A stretch of DNA of 42,929 nt from an uncultured Gammaproteobacteria bacterium. GTDB lineage: Bacteria; Patescibacteriota; Patescibacteriia; JAACEG01. Each line of letters begins with the position of its first letter. The stretch's first letter is position 1. Position numbers and translations under genes: made by a program. The stretch spans positions 1 to 42,929 of the forward strand of contig CAYNJS010000001.1 in assembly GCA_964397635.1 (NCBI GenBank). The letters run 5' to 3'. Below, piece by piece: positions 25,560-36,264 of the stretch. The notes under the pieces were generated by a model that saw nothing but the letters and a program-made list of their open reading frames with translations, had not been told where the DNA came from and did not search any database.

Positions 25560-27124
25560 TTTTAAGACCAAAAAACAACAGGGGTTTTACTCTTCTTGAG
25601 GTTATAATTTCTGTAACTATTTTTATTTTAGTTTTAGGAAGTATTTTTATTGTTTTTTCTTTTACTGTGGACAAGGATCGTAAATTAATCGAGTCTCAGC
25701 AGCAATTGAGTAGCATAAGAGTTGTCATTAACCAGCTATCAAAAGAGTTTAAAAATGCAGAAATTAATACATTTATTAAAAGAGATACAACTATTTGTCC
25801 AAGAATAAATGAAATATTTAAAATAGGGAATAATTCAAGTTCGATAAGTTTGATACTAGGGAATAAATGTATCAGGTATAAGTTGGGTACTTACAATAAA
25901 AAAGGCGGGGTTCTATTAAGAGACGAAGAAGATGCTATAGACGGAGAGGAGATTTTATTTGACGTGCCAGTTTTGAACCCAAGTATAGAGGTGGGAGCAT
26001 TGAGTTTTTTTATTAGTGGAATTAACAGACACAGTATTACAACAAGTATTCTGGTTGGTGGAGTCAATGAATCGCTCTCTAAAGTTTTTAATTATCAATT
26101 TACTATAAAAAACAATAAAAATTTTTCATTAAAAAATAAATATGAAGTAAAAAGGGACAACGATGGCTTGGGTATTAATGGTTCATTTTGCAAGGTTTTG
26201 GCTGATAAAAAATATATTTATGCAATTTATCAAAATTCCGCAGTAGAAGTTTATGATTTAGAAGATTTAAATTTAGTTGGCTCCTTGTCAGGGAGCATTT
26301 CTATGTCTAAAGTTATAGACGCTGTAATTTACAATGATTTTTTAATAGTTTTTGGGCTAGACAGCGCAGGCAATGAAGGGTGGTATCGAGTTATTAATAT
26401 GTCACCAATTGATTTTGGCAAAAGTCCCGTTCAGGTAGTTGGAGGATCTGGCCTTGCTTCTATTGCTAATTTTTTAGCTTTAAAGGATAATTATTTATAT
26501 ATATCAAGGGCCAGTGATGGGTTTATCAAGGGCGGTATTGATATTTATAGCATTTCTTCTGACGGAGACTTAAATTTAGAAAATTCTTTTATTGATACTA
26601 ATAATTATTCCGGTCATTTGCACGTTTTTGATGACTATCTTTATGAAGAGTCTTGGGGCGATGATGATATTAAACGTAATTTAAAGGAGTATAATATATC
26701 AAGCAGCTCAAATCCTCTTTTGGTTGATATTTATCAAGACGTTGATCCCGGGAGCATGACAATAAAAGATGGATTTTTATACACTTCAGGAGATGGTTTT
26801 AATATTTATAGAGTTAGTAATATTGGTGCTGGCAAATTAAACAGGGGAAAGGTTGATCTAGGCGGTTACGGTTATAATATGCAATTAGTTGGGCCAGACA
26901 TTTTTTTAAGCAACGGAAGAGAAAAAAAGGTTTTTTATGAAAACAGTTGTGATAATTTTAACACCTCTTATGTTATAAACGCGTCAGATCCACTAAATCC
27001 TTTTGTCAGTAATAGCTATAAAGGAGGATTAGATGTCGTTAGGGTTCCTTATGTTTATAGGAAAGGAGTTAATAATATAGAAATTTTAAAATTATTCGAA
27101 ATCAATAATATCATAGACCTATAA
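25556..27124 (+). CDS. Large minor pilin fused to a beta-propeller-like (LVIVD-repeat-like) domain; candidate tip adhesin
   Basis: Start at the ATGA overlap. MILRPKNNRG/FTLLEVIISVTIFILVLG prepilin N-terminus, then about 330 aa of repeated blocks (KKYIYAIYQNSAVEVYDL, NDFLIVFGLDS, DNYLYISRASDG..IDIYSI, DDYLYEES, DGFLYTSGDGFNIYRV, PDIFLSNG). Confidence 0.7.
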   Translation: MILRPKNNRGFTLLEVIISVTIFILVLGSIFIVFSFTVDKDRKLIESQQQLSSIRVVINQLSKEFKNAEINTFIKRDTTICPRINEIFKIGNNSSSISLILGNKCIRYKLGTYNKKGGVLLRDEEDAIDGEEILFDVPVLNPSIEVGALSFFISGINRHSITTSILVGGVNESLSKVFNYQFTIKNNKNFSLKNKYEVKRDNDGLGINGSFCKVLADKKYIYAIYQNSAVEVYDLEDLNLVGSLSGSISMSKVIDAVIYNDFLIVFGLDSAGNEGWYRVINMSPIDFGKSPVQVVGGSGLASIANFLALKDNYLYISRASDGFIKGGIDIYSISSDGDLNLENSFIDTNNYSGHLHVFDDYLYEESWGDDDIKRNLKEYNISSSSNPLLVDIYQDVDPGSMTIKDGFLYTSGDGFNIYRVSNIGAGKLNRGKVDLGGYGYNMQLVGPDIFLSNGREKKVFYENSCDNFNTSYVINASDPLNPFVSNSYKGGLDVVRVPYVYRKGVNNIEILKLFEINNIIDL

Positions 27125-27130
27125 CATAAT

Positions 27131-27232
27131 AAGTTATTACTGCAATTTCCATATTTTGGTAAATTTTTCTTAATAAATTTTCTCAAAATCTATCCCGCCT
27201 AGGCGGGATCGTTACACAACTTATTATATTAT
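27131..27232 (+). repeat. Direct repeat R2 (right flank of the minor-pilin module)
   Basis: See R1. R2 carries a different hairpin insert, ATCCCGCC-TA-GGCGGGAT (27192-27209). Confidence 0.8.
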
Positions 27233-27244
27233 AGGCCTATTTGA

Positions 27245-29266
<2,022 letters not shown>

Positions 29267-29280
29267 ATATTTTATTAACC

Positions 29281-29430
29281 GCGCTAACTAATTTTCAATT
29301 TTCAATTTTTAATTTCCATTAAATTTTTCAATGATTTAATTTTAAAAAACTTGAATAGTCAGAAAATATTAAAAATTAGTGAATTAAAAATTTAATAAAA
29401 ATTCAAAATTAGAAATTAGTAATTATTATT
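29281..29430. repeat. AT-rich repeat element upstream of gatC
   Basis: Left arm TAATTTTCAATTTTCAATTTTTAATTTCC. Core AAATTTTTCAATGA. Right arm AAATTCAAAATTAGAAATTAGTAATTA, partly inverted. A related core and arms occur at 31340-31480. Confidence 0.55.
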
Positions 29431-29432
29431 AT

Positions 29433-29720
29433 ATGTTAACAATAAAAGAGGTAGAGCACATTGCCGAGTTAGCTCGTTTGGAGCTAACAGGAAAAGAAAA
29501 GGAAATGTTTGTAGAGCAACTTTCCTCTATTTTAGATTATGTGGAAAAATTACAGGAGGTTGATACCCAGGGAGTCGAGGAAACCTCTCAGGTAACCGGC
29601 TTGGTTAATGCCACTCGTAAAGACCAAGAAGAAGAGTCTCCAAAAGAATTAATTAATGATATTTTAGATAATGCTCCAGATAAAGAAGAAGGGTTATTTA
29701 AGGTAAAAAGCGTATTCTAA
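29433..29720 (+). CDS. gatC: Glu/Asp-tRNA amidotransferase subunit C
   Basis: 95 aa, typical GatC N-terminus (VEHIAELARLELT), located immediately upstream of gatA. Confidence 0.85.
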   Translation: MLTIKEVEHIAELARLELTGKEKEMFVEQLSSILDYVEKLQEVDTQGVEETSQVTGLVNATRKDQEEESPKELINDILDNAPDKEEGLFKVKSVF

Positions 29721-29831
29721 AAATCAAAAATCAAAATTAACGAGTCGCTTCGCGACAATATTTTAATAAAAATTTTAAATAAGTTATGAGCGGAGCGAAT
29801 ACAATAATTTTGCATTTTGAATTTTGATTTA
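29720..29831. repeat. Mosaic repeat element, copy C (inside the gatC-gatA spacer)
   Basis: AAAATCAAAAATCAAAATTAAC-GAGTCGCTTCGCGACAATATT...TTATGAGCGGAGCGAAT...AATTTTGCATTTTGAATTTTGATTT. Hairpin at 29744-29756. Homologous to copy B. Confidence 0.8.
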
Positions 29832-29839
29832 ATTACTCT

Positions 29840-31279
29840 ATGTCACTTAGTAAATTAAAAATTTTAGAGGCTCATAAAGGGCTAAAAAATAAAGATTTTT
29901 CTTGTGAAGAGCTGGTAGGAGCTCATATTAAAGAAGCTGAGGAAAAGGATAAGGATATCAATGCTTATGTGCTTAGTAATTTTGAAATTGCCATGGATGA
30001 GGCGCGAAAAGTTGATGAAAAAATTAAAAAAGGTCATGAAATAAAAACTTTAGAAGGTCTTCCTGTTTCTATTAAGGACTGTTTTTGTGTTAAGGGTATG
30101 GAGTCAACTGCTTCGTCTAATATTTTAAAAGGCTATATTCCGCCGTTTGACGCTACTTCAGTTAAAGCAATAAAAGATCAAGGTTCTATTATTCTAGGAA
30201 AAGTTAATACCGATGAGTTTACTATGGGGGCTTCAACCGAAACATCTGCCTTTGGCGTAACTAAGAACCCTCATGATTTAGAGAGGGTAGCTGGTGGGTC
30301 ATCAGGTGGGAGCGCTGCTAGTGTGGCAGCAGGTATGGCTATGTATTCACTTGCAACTGATACCGGAGGATCTATTCGTCAACCAGCAACCTTTTGCGGA
30401 GTTCCTGGATTAAAGGTTACTTATGGACGAGTATCTCGTTATGGGGTAATGAGCATGGCAAGTTCCCTTGATAGTATTGGTCCAATTGCTAAATCAGTTG
30501 AAGACCTAGCTATTATTTTAGGTGTGATTGCAGGCCATGATAAAAATGATTCAACTACGCCAAAAGTCGATGTGCCGGATTATGTAAAAGATTTAGACAA
30601 AGATGTTAAGGGGTTAAAAATAGGCGTCCCAAAAGAATATTTTATTGAAGGATTGAATGAAGATATTAAAAAAAGCGTAGAAGATGTTGCTAAAAAATTA
30701 AAAGCTTTAGGGGCTAAGATAGTAGATATAAGTTTGCCTTATACAGAGTATGCTATTGCTGCTTACTACATAATTGCTCCATCAGAAATTAGTTCTAATA
30801 TGGCTCGTTACGATGGAATTAGATACGGATTTTCGGTTGCTAAAGACAAGGATGCAAATGTAAGAAATTTAATGGATATTTATAAAAAAAGCAAGTCAAA
30901 AGGTTTTGGGGATGAAGTAAAAAGAAGGATTATGCTTGGTACTTATGCTTTGTCGGCCGGCTATTATGACGCTTACTATAAAAAGGCAATGCAAGTCAGA
31001 ACTTTGATTAAGCAAGATTTTGATAAGGCTTTTGAAGAAGTGGATGCTATTATTGCTCCAGTTACACCTGGTTCAGCCTTTAAGATAGGGGAAAACGTTA
31101 ATGATCCGTTGCAAATGTACTTAGAGGATATTTTTACAGCGCCAATAAACTTAGCAGGGGTTCCATCTTTAAGCGTTCCTTTTGGCAAGTCTCAAAATAT
31201 GCCAATCGGTGTTCAAATTATTGGTAAACATTTTGATGAACAAACTATATTACAAATAGGAAAGAAGTTAGAAAAATAA
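29840..31279 (+). CDS. gatA: Glu/Asp-tRNA amidotransferase subunit A
   Basis: 479 aa. Amidase signature GGSSGGSAASVAAG and conserved KD..CVKGM.STASS block. Confidence 0.95.
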   Translation: MSLSKLKILEAHKGLKNKDFSCEELVGAHIKEAEEKDKDINAYVLSNFEIAMDEARKVDEKIKKGHEIKTLEGLPVSIKDCFCVKGMESTASSNILKGYIPPFDATSVKAIKDQGSIILGKVNTDEFTMGASTETSAFGVTKNPHDLERVAGGSSGGSAASVAAGMAMYSLATDTGGSIRQPATFCGVPGLKVTYGRVSRYGVMSMASSLDSIGPIAKSVEDLAIILGVIAGHDKNDSTTPKVDVPDYVKDLDKDVKGLKIGVPKEYFIEGLNEDIKKSVEDVAKKLKALGAKIVDISLPYTEYAIAAYYIIAPSEISSNMARYDGIRYGFSVAKDKDANVRNLMDIYKKSKSKGFGDEVKRRIMLGTYALSAGYYDAYYKKAMQVRTLIKQDFDKAFEEVDAIIAPVTPGSAFKIGENVNDPLQMYLEDIFTAPINLAGVPSLSVPFGKSQNMPIGVQIIGKHFDEQTILQIGKKLEK

Positions 31280-31320
31280 ATAACTTGGGAGAGGATTTAT
31301 AGATATAATAAAAGAAAGTT

Positions 31321-31600
31321 AATATTTTATTAGCTATGCTGATTAATTTTCAATTTACATTTATCAATTTACAATAAATTTTCAATGAACAATTTTTAGT
31401 TAAAAAAGAGGCGGGAATACCGAGATTTGAAAATTTAAAAATTGTAAATTGATAATTTTTAACCAATATAATTAATTATAACTTTACATTTTGCAATTTT
31501 CATTTTGATATTTCCCGCCACTTAAATTAAATGAAGGCGGGATCCCGTCCCGCCGCGGCGGGATGATGAGATTTGATTCTTGCATTTTGTTTTTTTAAAA
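31321..31600. repeat. Composite repeat region (AT-rich inverted arms plus GC-rich CCCGCC/GGCGGG hairpins)
   Basis: ATCAATTTACAAT (about 31364) is inverted as ATTGTAAATTGAT (about 31442). Hairpins TCCCGCC...GGCGGGA (31512-31542) and TCCCGCC-GC-GGCGGGA (31548-31563). A heptad-like TTTGATT/TTGCATTTTG arm runs to the next ATG. Confidence 0.6.
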
Positions 31601-31602
31601 TT

Positions 31603-31950
31603 ATGCGTCGTGAAAAATGGAACGATGTAGTAGGTTTAATAAAAGATAAGTTCGATGTCCTCGATGATCGAATTGATAAAGAGGAAATAGGAGGGGATGT
31701 TAATGGTGATAGTGCCTTTGAAAAAAAGGAGATCATCGAGTTCGAGGGACCTCTTGGTAAAATGAAAATCGAACTTATTACCAGGCCTATTGTTGTCGAA
31801 AAAAAGACAAACTTTTCAAGGAGAATAGGTAGTGATGTGGCGGTTACTTATATTTACTCCGACACAGAGGAAACAACAAAATTTCAGGTTTACAAATGGA
31901 GTGAAGGAGACGATGATTGGGTGGGAGTTGAGGCGGAAATGTTTGAGTAA
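31603..31950 (+). CDS. Hypothetical small soluble protein
   Basis: ORF 31573-31950 trimmed to the second ATG (MRREKWNDV...). The upstream codons lie in the repeat arm. No recognisable motif. Confidence 0.5.
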   Translation: MRREKWNDVVGLIKDKFDVLDDRIDKEEIGGDVNGDSAFEKKEIIEFEGPLGKMKIELITRPIVVEKKTNFSRRIGSDVAVTYIYSDTEETTKFQVYKWSEGDDDWVGVEAEMFE

Positions 31951-31961
31951 ATATCTGTATT

Positions 31962-32765
31962 ATGGATTATTTAAATGCTATAATTTTTGGTATTGTTCAG
32001 GGGATAACAGAGTTTATCCCTATTTCAAGCTCTGGGCATTTATTCATTCTTCATGAAATATTAGATCTTCCAATTGTTGATAATTTGACTTTTGATGTTA
32101 CCTTACATTTAGCTTCACTTTTTGCAGTTATTATATTTTTTAAAAGAGAGATTTGGCAATTGGTTGGGTCTTTTTTAAATTTATTAAAAGGTAGGCGCGA
32201 TAGATATAGCGTTTTAGTAATTTTAATAATAGTTGGAACTTTGCCAGCTGCGGCAATTGGCTATTTCTTTGAAGACTTAATTGAGGAAAAATTTAGATCT
32301 ATTTACGTTGTAGTAACAATGTTAATTGTGGTGGCAATGCTATTTTTTGATAGTGAAAAAACCGGCAAGAAAAAGTATAACATGGATAATTTAAATTGGA
32401 AGAATGCTTTATTTATTGGTTTTGCTCAAGCTATAGCCTTGATACCAGGGACATCAAGGTCTGGTATAACTATAGTTGCTGGACTTTATGCTGGATTAAG
32501 GAGGGAAGAGGCTGTTAAATTTTCCTTTTTACTTTCAGTGCCTATTATCCTAGGCGCATCTTTGTTTAAAATAACAGATATTAATTTCACCAGTTTAATA
32601 ATAGGGGAAATTGTTGTCTTGTCTGTGTCTTCTGTTTTTTCCTTTATTTCAGCTTTTTTTGCTATAAAATATTTTTTGAGCTTTGTAGAAAAATATTCAC
32701 TAAAAAGTTTTGCTATTTATAGGATTATTTTAGGGGTAATTATCCTTTTGTTTTTAATTTTTTAG
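31962..32765 (+). CDS. uppP: Undecaprenyl-diphosphatase UppP/BacA
   Basis: 267 aa polytopic protein. Motifs GIVQGITEFIPISSSGH and PGTSRSG. Confidence 0.92.
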   Translation: MDYLNAIIFGIVQGITEFIPISSSGHLFILHEILDLPIVDNLTFDVTLHLASLFAVIIFFKREIWQLVGSFLNLLKGRRDRYSVLVILIIVGTLPAAAIGYFFEDLIEEKFRSIYVVVTMLIVVAMLFFDSEKTGKKKYNMDNLNWKNALFIGFAQAIALIPGTSRSGITIVAGLYAGLRREEAVKFSFLLSVPIILGASLFKITDINFTSLIIGEIVVLSVSSVFSFISAFFAIKYFLSFVEKYSLKSFAIYRIILGVIILLFLIF

Positions 32766-32807
32766 GCAATTTTTTTGCCTTTTTTTCGTTTTTATTAAGA
32801 TAAAAAG

Positions 32808-32818
32808 TGTGCTATAAT
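32808..32818 (+). promoter_or_regulatory. Extended -10 promoter for the 32922/33301 operon
   Basis: TGTGCTATAAT, identical to the pilin promoter 11-mer. Confidence 0.55.
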
Positions 32819-32853
32819 ATTATTAGTATATAGTATCTTGAATATGGTATATT

Positions 32854-32893
32854 GAATATTATTTTTAAAATTTATTTTAAAAATAATATATTC
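32854..32893. promoter_or_regulatory. AT-rich near-perfect inverted repeat in the 5' leader (candidate operator or RNA hairpin)
   Basis: GAATATTATTTTTAAAAT-TT-ATTTTAAAAATAATAT(AT)TC, between the promoter and the ATG at 32922. Confidence 0.4.
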
Positions 32894-32921
32894 TACATTC
32901 AGCATTCTATATTCTATTTTT

Positions 32922-33299
32922 ATGACTCAAAACGCTTTTTTTCTGCTTATAAAATATATCACTGTAGATTTGCTGGGGGATTTTATTTATTTCCCGATTT
33001 GGTGGTATACAAAAGGCTTTAAAAAAACCTTAATATTTACCGGACTTAAAATACAGGGGGTTCAAAATTCTTTGGGGGTAAGTATTTGGGCAAAAAATTT
33101 ATTTAGACCCATGTATGGCCAATATGATCTTCAGGGTCGTTTCATTAGTTTTTTAATGAGGTTTTTTCAATTGATCTTTAGGTCAATTGCTTTTGCTTTT
33201 GCTTTTGCTTTTATATTGATATTACCAATTATTTGGATTATTTTTCCAATATTTGTAGTTTTTCAAATATTTTTAATAATTAGTTCCTCCCTTAAGTAA
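32922..33299 (+). CDS. Hypothetical polytopic membrane protein
   Basis: 125 aa, with an N-terminal hydrophobic stretch and a strongly hydrophobic C-terminus. Contains a (GCTTTT)x4 in-frame hexamer repeat encoding AFAFAFAF. The stop lies 1 nt before the next start. Confidence 0.6.
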   Translation: MTQNAFFLLIKYITVDLLGDFIYFPIWWYTKGFKKTLIFTGLKIQGVQNSLGVSIWAKNLFRPMYGQYDLQGRFISFLMRFFQLIFRSIAFAFAFAFILILPIIWIIFPIFVVFQIFLIISSSLK

Positions 33300-33300
33300 T

Positions 33301-36096
33301 ATGGCCGACGAAGATAGTCAAAAAGAAGGACAGGAAAAAAGAAAAACCTTTCAAAGTGTTAATTGTGATTACTGCAGTTTAACCGGAAAGTATGAAGGTA
33401 AAACATGCCCTAATTGCCGTGGCAGAGGGGTTGTTTTTTGGTTTGATGAAACTTTATTTTATTGGGGCAAAAAAATTACAACACTTTCAATTTTAGAAAA
33501 TAAACTTGAGAAAACTGCTAGAAAAATTGTTAATGGTATTCTTTTTACTTTTGGCTTCGGTGGTTTTTTGTTTTTTTTATATTATATCTACAGGTCAAAT
33601 TTACAGACCTTTATAACAGTAGAATTTTGGTTGACTCAATCGTGGGAAATGTTAATTTTTTGGATCAGTTTAATTACTAATATGTATTTGATATATCGGC
33701 TTGATAAAGAATCATCAACTAAACAAAGGGTAAAGAAAAGAAAGTATAACGAGGCTGTAGGAATTTTTTTAATGGGAGATGTTTGGGCTGAAATTGCAAA
33801 ATTACCTAAAAAATCAGAAGTAGAGATTTCTAGGTCTTTTTCTGATGATTCTCTTAAGGCAACAGAGGAGGCTTGGCGTCTGGCTGGTAAATTTAAGCAT
33901 CCGGAAATTAGGCCAGTTCATATTTTTGCTTCTCTTTTGTTTTTTCAAAAAGTAGATCTAATTTTTGCCCGACTTGGAATAGATATTCAGGATTTAGCTA
34001 AGAAGATTAACAAGCTTTTAAATAGGCAAGAATTTCATGAGTTCAAGCAAAACGACGGCAGGCATTTTTCTGTTGTTGCTAGGGAAACATTATTTAGCGC
34101 GTATTTGGAGGCTTATACTGCTCGTGATGCCCAGGTTAGCGTAATAGATCTACTCTTAGCTTGCACTAAAGTAGATGACGATGTTCAGGAAATTTTATTC
34201 GATCTTAAGGTTGATTTGAATAAAATTAAAAATGTAGTTTCTTGGATTAGGGTTAATGAGTCAATGTTACAGAGTAGCAGAAAGTATAGAAAGTCGGCTC
34301 TTTTAAAGCCAAGCAGTGGAATGGATAGGGCCATGACAGCAGTTGCAACGCCAATATTAGATCATTTTTCTCAGGACTTAACTTTATTGGCTAAATTCGG
34401 TTACCTTGAGCCTTGTGTTGGCCGGGAAAAGGAAATAAAAGATATTTTTAGAGCTATGGAGGCAAGCGGTCAAAGTGTAATTTTATCTGGTAACCCAGGA
34501 GTTGGCAAGACAACTATTATGGGCGGGATAGCTAGACTTATGGTTTCTGAAGAGGTCCCAGAGGTAATAAAAGACAAAAGAATGATTAGCCTTAGCGTTG
34601 CTAGGCTTGTGAGCGGTGTTAGCCCGGCCGAAGCACAGGGGAGGTTAATGGACATTATTACTGAGATTAAAAGAGCTGGTAATATTGTTTTATTTATTCA
34701 AGATATTCAAGATATGATCGGCATAACCTCTGGTAGTGAAGAGAGTTTAGATTTGTCAGAAGTTTTAGTTTCAGAAGTTTCCCAAGGAACATTTTTTGCC
34801 TTTGCCACCACAACCTCATCTGATTATATTAGATATATAGAGGGTTCATCTTTGGGCGACGCTATGCAAAGAGTTAAAGTAGAAGAGCCGGAATTAGATG
34901 AAGCTATCCAGATTTTAGAAGCAAAGACCGTTAGAATTGAATATAAAAATCAGGTTTATTTTTCTTATAGCGCTATTGAGCAGGCAGTAAAACTGTCAAA
35001 GAGATATATTCACGATAGATTTTTACCAGAAAAAGCAATTAAGATTGTTGAGCAAACAGCGGTTTATGTCCATAAAAACAAAGGATTAAAGGCGGTTGTT
35101 ACATCAGAAGATGTGGCTAAGTTAATTTCGGAAAAGGTTAATATTCCTCTTATTAGCGTAACCGAAGAAGAGGGTGAAAAATTATTAAAATTAGAACTGA
35201 AAATACATGAACGAATTGTTGGCCAGGAAGAAGCTGTTAAGATGGTTTCTTCAGCGCTAAGAAGGGCTAGGGCAGAACTGCGAGATATGAATAGGCCAAT
35301 TGCTAATTTTTTATTTTTAGGGCCAACTGGTGTTGGTAAAACAGAATTAGCAAAAACAGTGGCAGAGGTTTATTTTGGGTCAGAAGAAAATATGACTAGG
35401 CTGGATATGAGTGAGTATCAGAGTCAATCCAGTATTAATAGGCTTATTGGTTCGCCTCCGGGCAGTGGTGGTACAGGTACAGGTGGTTATTTGACTGAAG
35501 CGGTTAGACAAAAACCATTTACATTGCTCTTGCTTGATGAGCTTGAAAAGGCCCACCCGGATATTTTAAATGTTTTCTTGCAATTAATGGAAGACGGCAG
35601 ATTAACAGATGGACTTGGACGGACAATTGATTTTACTAATGTTATTTTGATTGCTACTTCTAACTCAGGGACATCTTTTATTCAAGATAAAGTAAGAGAA
35701 GGTTGGGCCATAGAAGATGTTAAGAATGCTTTAATGGAAGATGAAATTAAAAAGTCTTTTAGGCCAGAGTTTGTAAATCGTTTTGATGGAGTTATTGTAT
35801 TTAAACCGCTTGGTCTAAAGGAGGTTTTAGCTATTGCTAGGTTATTACTTGTAAAAGTGGCCAAACAGCTTAAGCCCAAGGGTATTAATTTAAAGGCTAC
35901 AGAGCAAGCAATTAAAGAGTTAGCTGAACAGGGCTATGATCCTCAATATGGAGCAAGACCCCTTAGAAGGGTTATTCAAGAAAAGGTCAGCGACTCTTTG
36001 GCAAATTTTTTATTAACTGGAAAGATCGATCGAAGGGATACTGTTGTTCTTGATGAGGGTGGTGTTTTGAGAGTGGAAAAAGCAGAAAAGTTGTAA
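33301..36096 (+). CDS. Atypical membrane-anchored Clp/Hsp100-family AAA+ protein (Zn-ribbon, 2 TM, Clp_N, degenerate D1, canonical D2)
   Basis: 931 aa. N-terminal CDYC...CPNCRGRG zinc ribbon. Two TM helices (IVNGILFTFGFGGFLFFLYYIY, MLIFWISLITNMYLIY). Clp_N repeats. D1 has Walker A GNPGVGKTT but Walker B LFIQDIQD instead of hhhhDE. Essentially no M-domain. D2 has GPTGVGKTELAK, LLLDELEKAH, RPEFVNRFD, GARPLRR. No IGF-type loop seen. Confidence 0.85.
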   Translation: MADEDSQKEGQEKRKTFQSVNCDYCSLTGKYEGKTCPNCRGRGVVFWFDETLFYWGKKITTLSILENKLEKTARKIVNGILFTFGFGGFLFFLYYIYRSNLQTFITVEFWLTQSWEMLIFWISLITNMYLIYRLDKESSTKQRVKKRKYNEAVGIFLMGDVWAEIAKLPKKSEVEISRSFSDDSLKATEEAWRLAGKFKHPEIRPVHIFASLLFFQKVDLIFARLGIDIQDLAKKINKLLNRQEFHEFKQNDGRHFSVVARETLFSAYLEAYTARDAQVSVIDLLLACTKVDDDVQEILFDLKVDLNKIKNVVSWIRVNESMLQSSRKYRKSALLKPSSGMDRAMTAVATPILDHFSQDLTLLAKFGYLEPCVGREKEIKDIFRAMEASGQSVILSGNPGVGKTTIMGGIARLMVSEEVPEVIKDKRMISLSVARLVSGVSPAEAQGRLMDIITEIKRAGNIVLFIQDIQDMIGITSGSEESLDLSEVLVSEVSQGTFFAFATTTSSDYIRYIEGSSLGDAMQRVKVEEPELDEAIQILEAKTVRIEYKNQVYFSYSAIEQAVKLSKRYIHDRFLPEKAIKIVEQTAVYVHKNKGLKAVVTSEDVAKLISEKVNIPLISVTEEEGEKLLKLELKIHERIVGQEEAVKMVSSALRRARAELRDMNRPIANFLFLGPTGVGKTELAKTVAEVYFGSEENMTRLDMSEYQSQSSINRLIGSPPGSGGTGTGGYLTEAVRQKPFTLLLLDELEKAHPDILNVFLQLMEDGRLTDGLGRTIDFTNVILIATSNSGTSFIQDKVREGWAIEDVKNALMEDEIKKSFRPEFVNRFDGVIVFKPLGLKEVLAIARLLLVKVAKQLKPKGINLKATEQAIKELAEQGYDPQYGARPLRRVIQEKVSDSLANFLLTGKIDRRDTVVLDEGGVLRVEKAEKL

Positions 36097-36264
36097 ATTT
36101 GTCGAATTTATATAAAAGTTATTATAATCTTTTAGCAAGAAGATAAATTTTTATTATTATAAAATATGTATTTAGGTAAAGAGGCCGAAAAAATTAGACT
36201 AGAAAAACAGCAAATAGTTTAAAAATATATAGAAATAGTTAAAAAAAATGAAAAAAATGATGCA

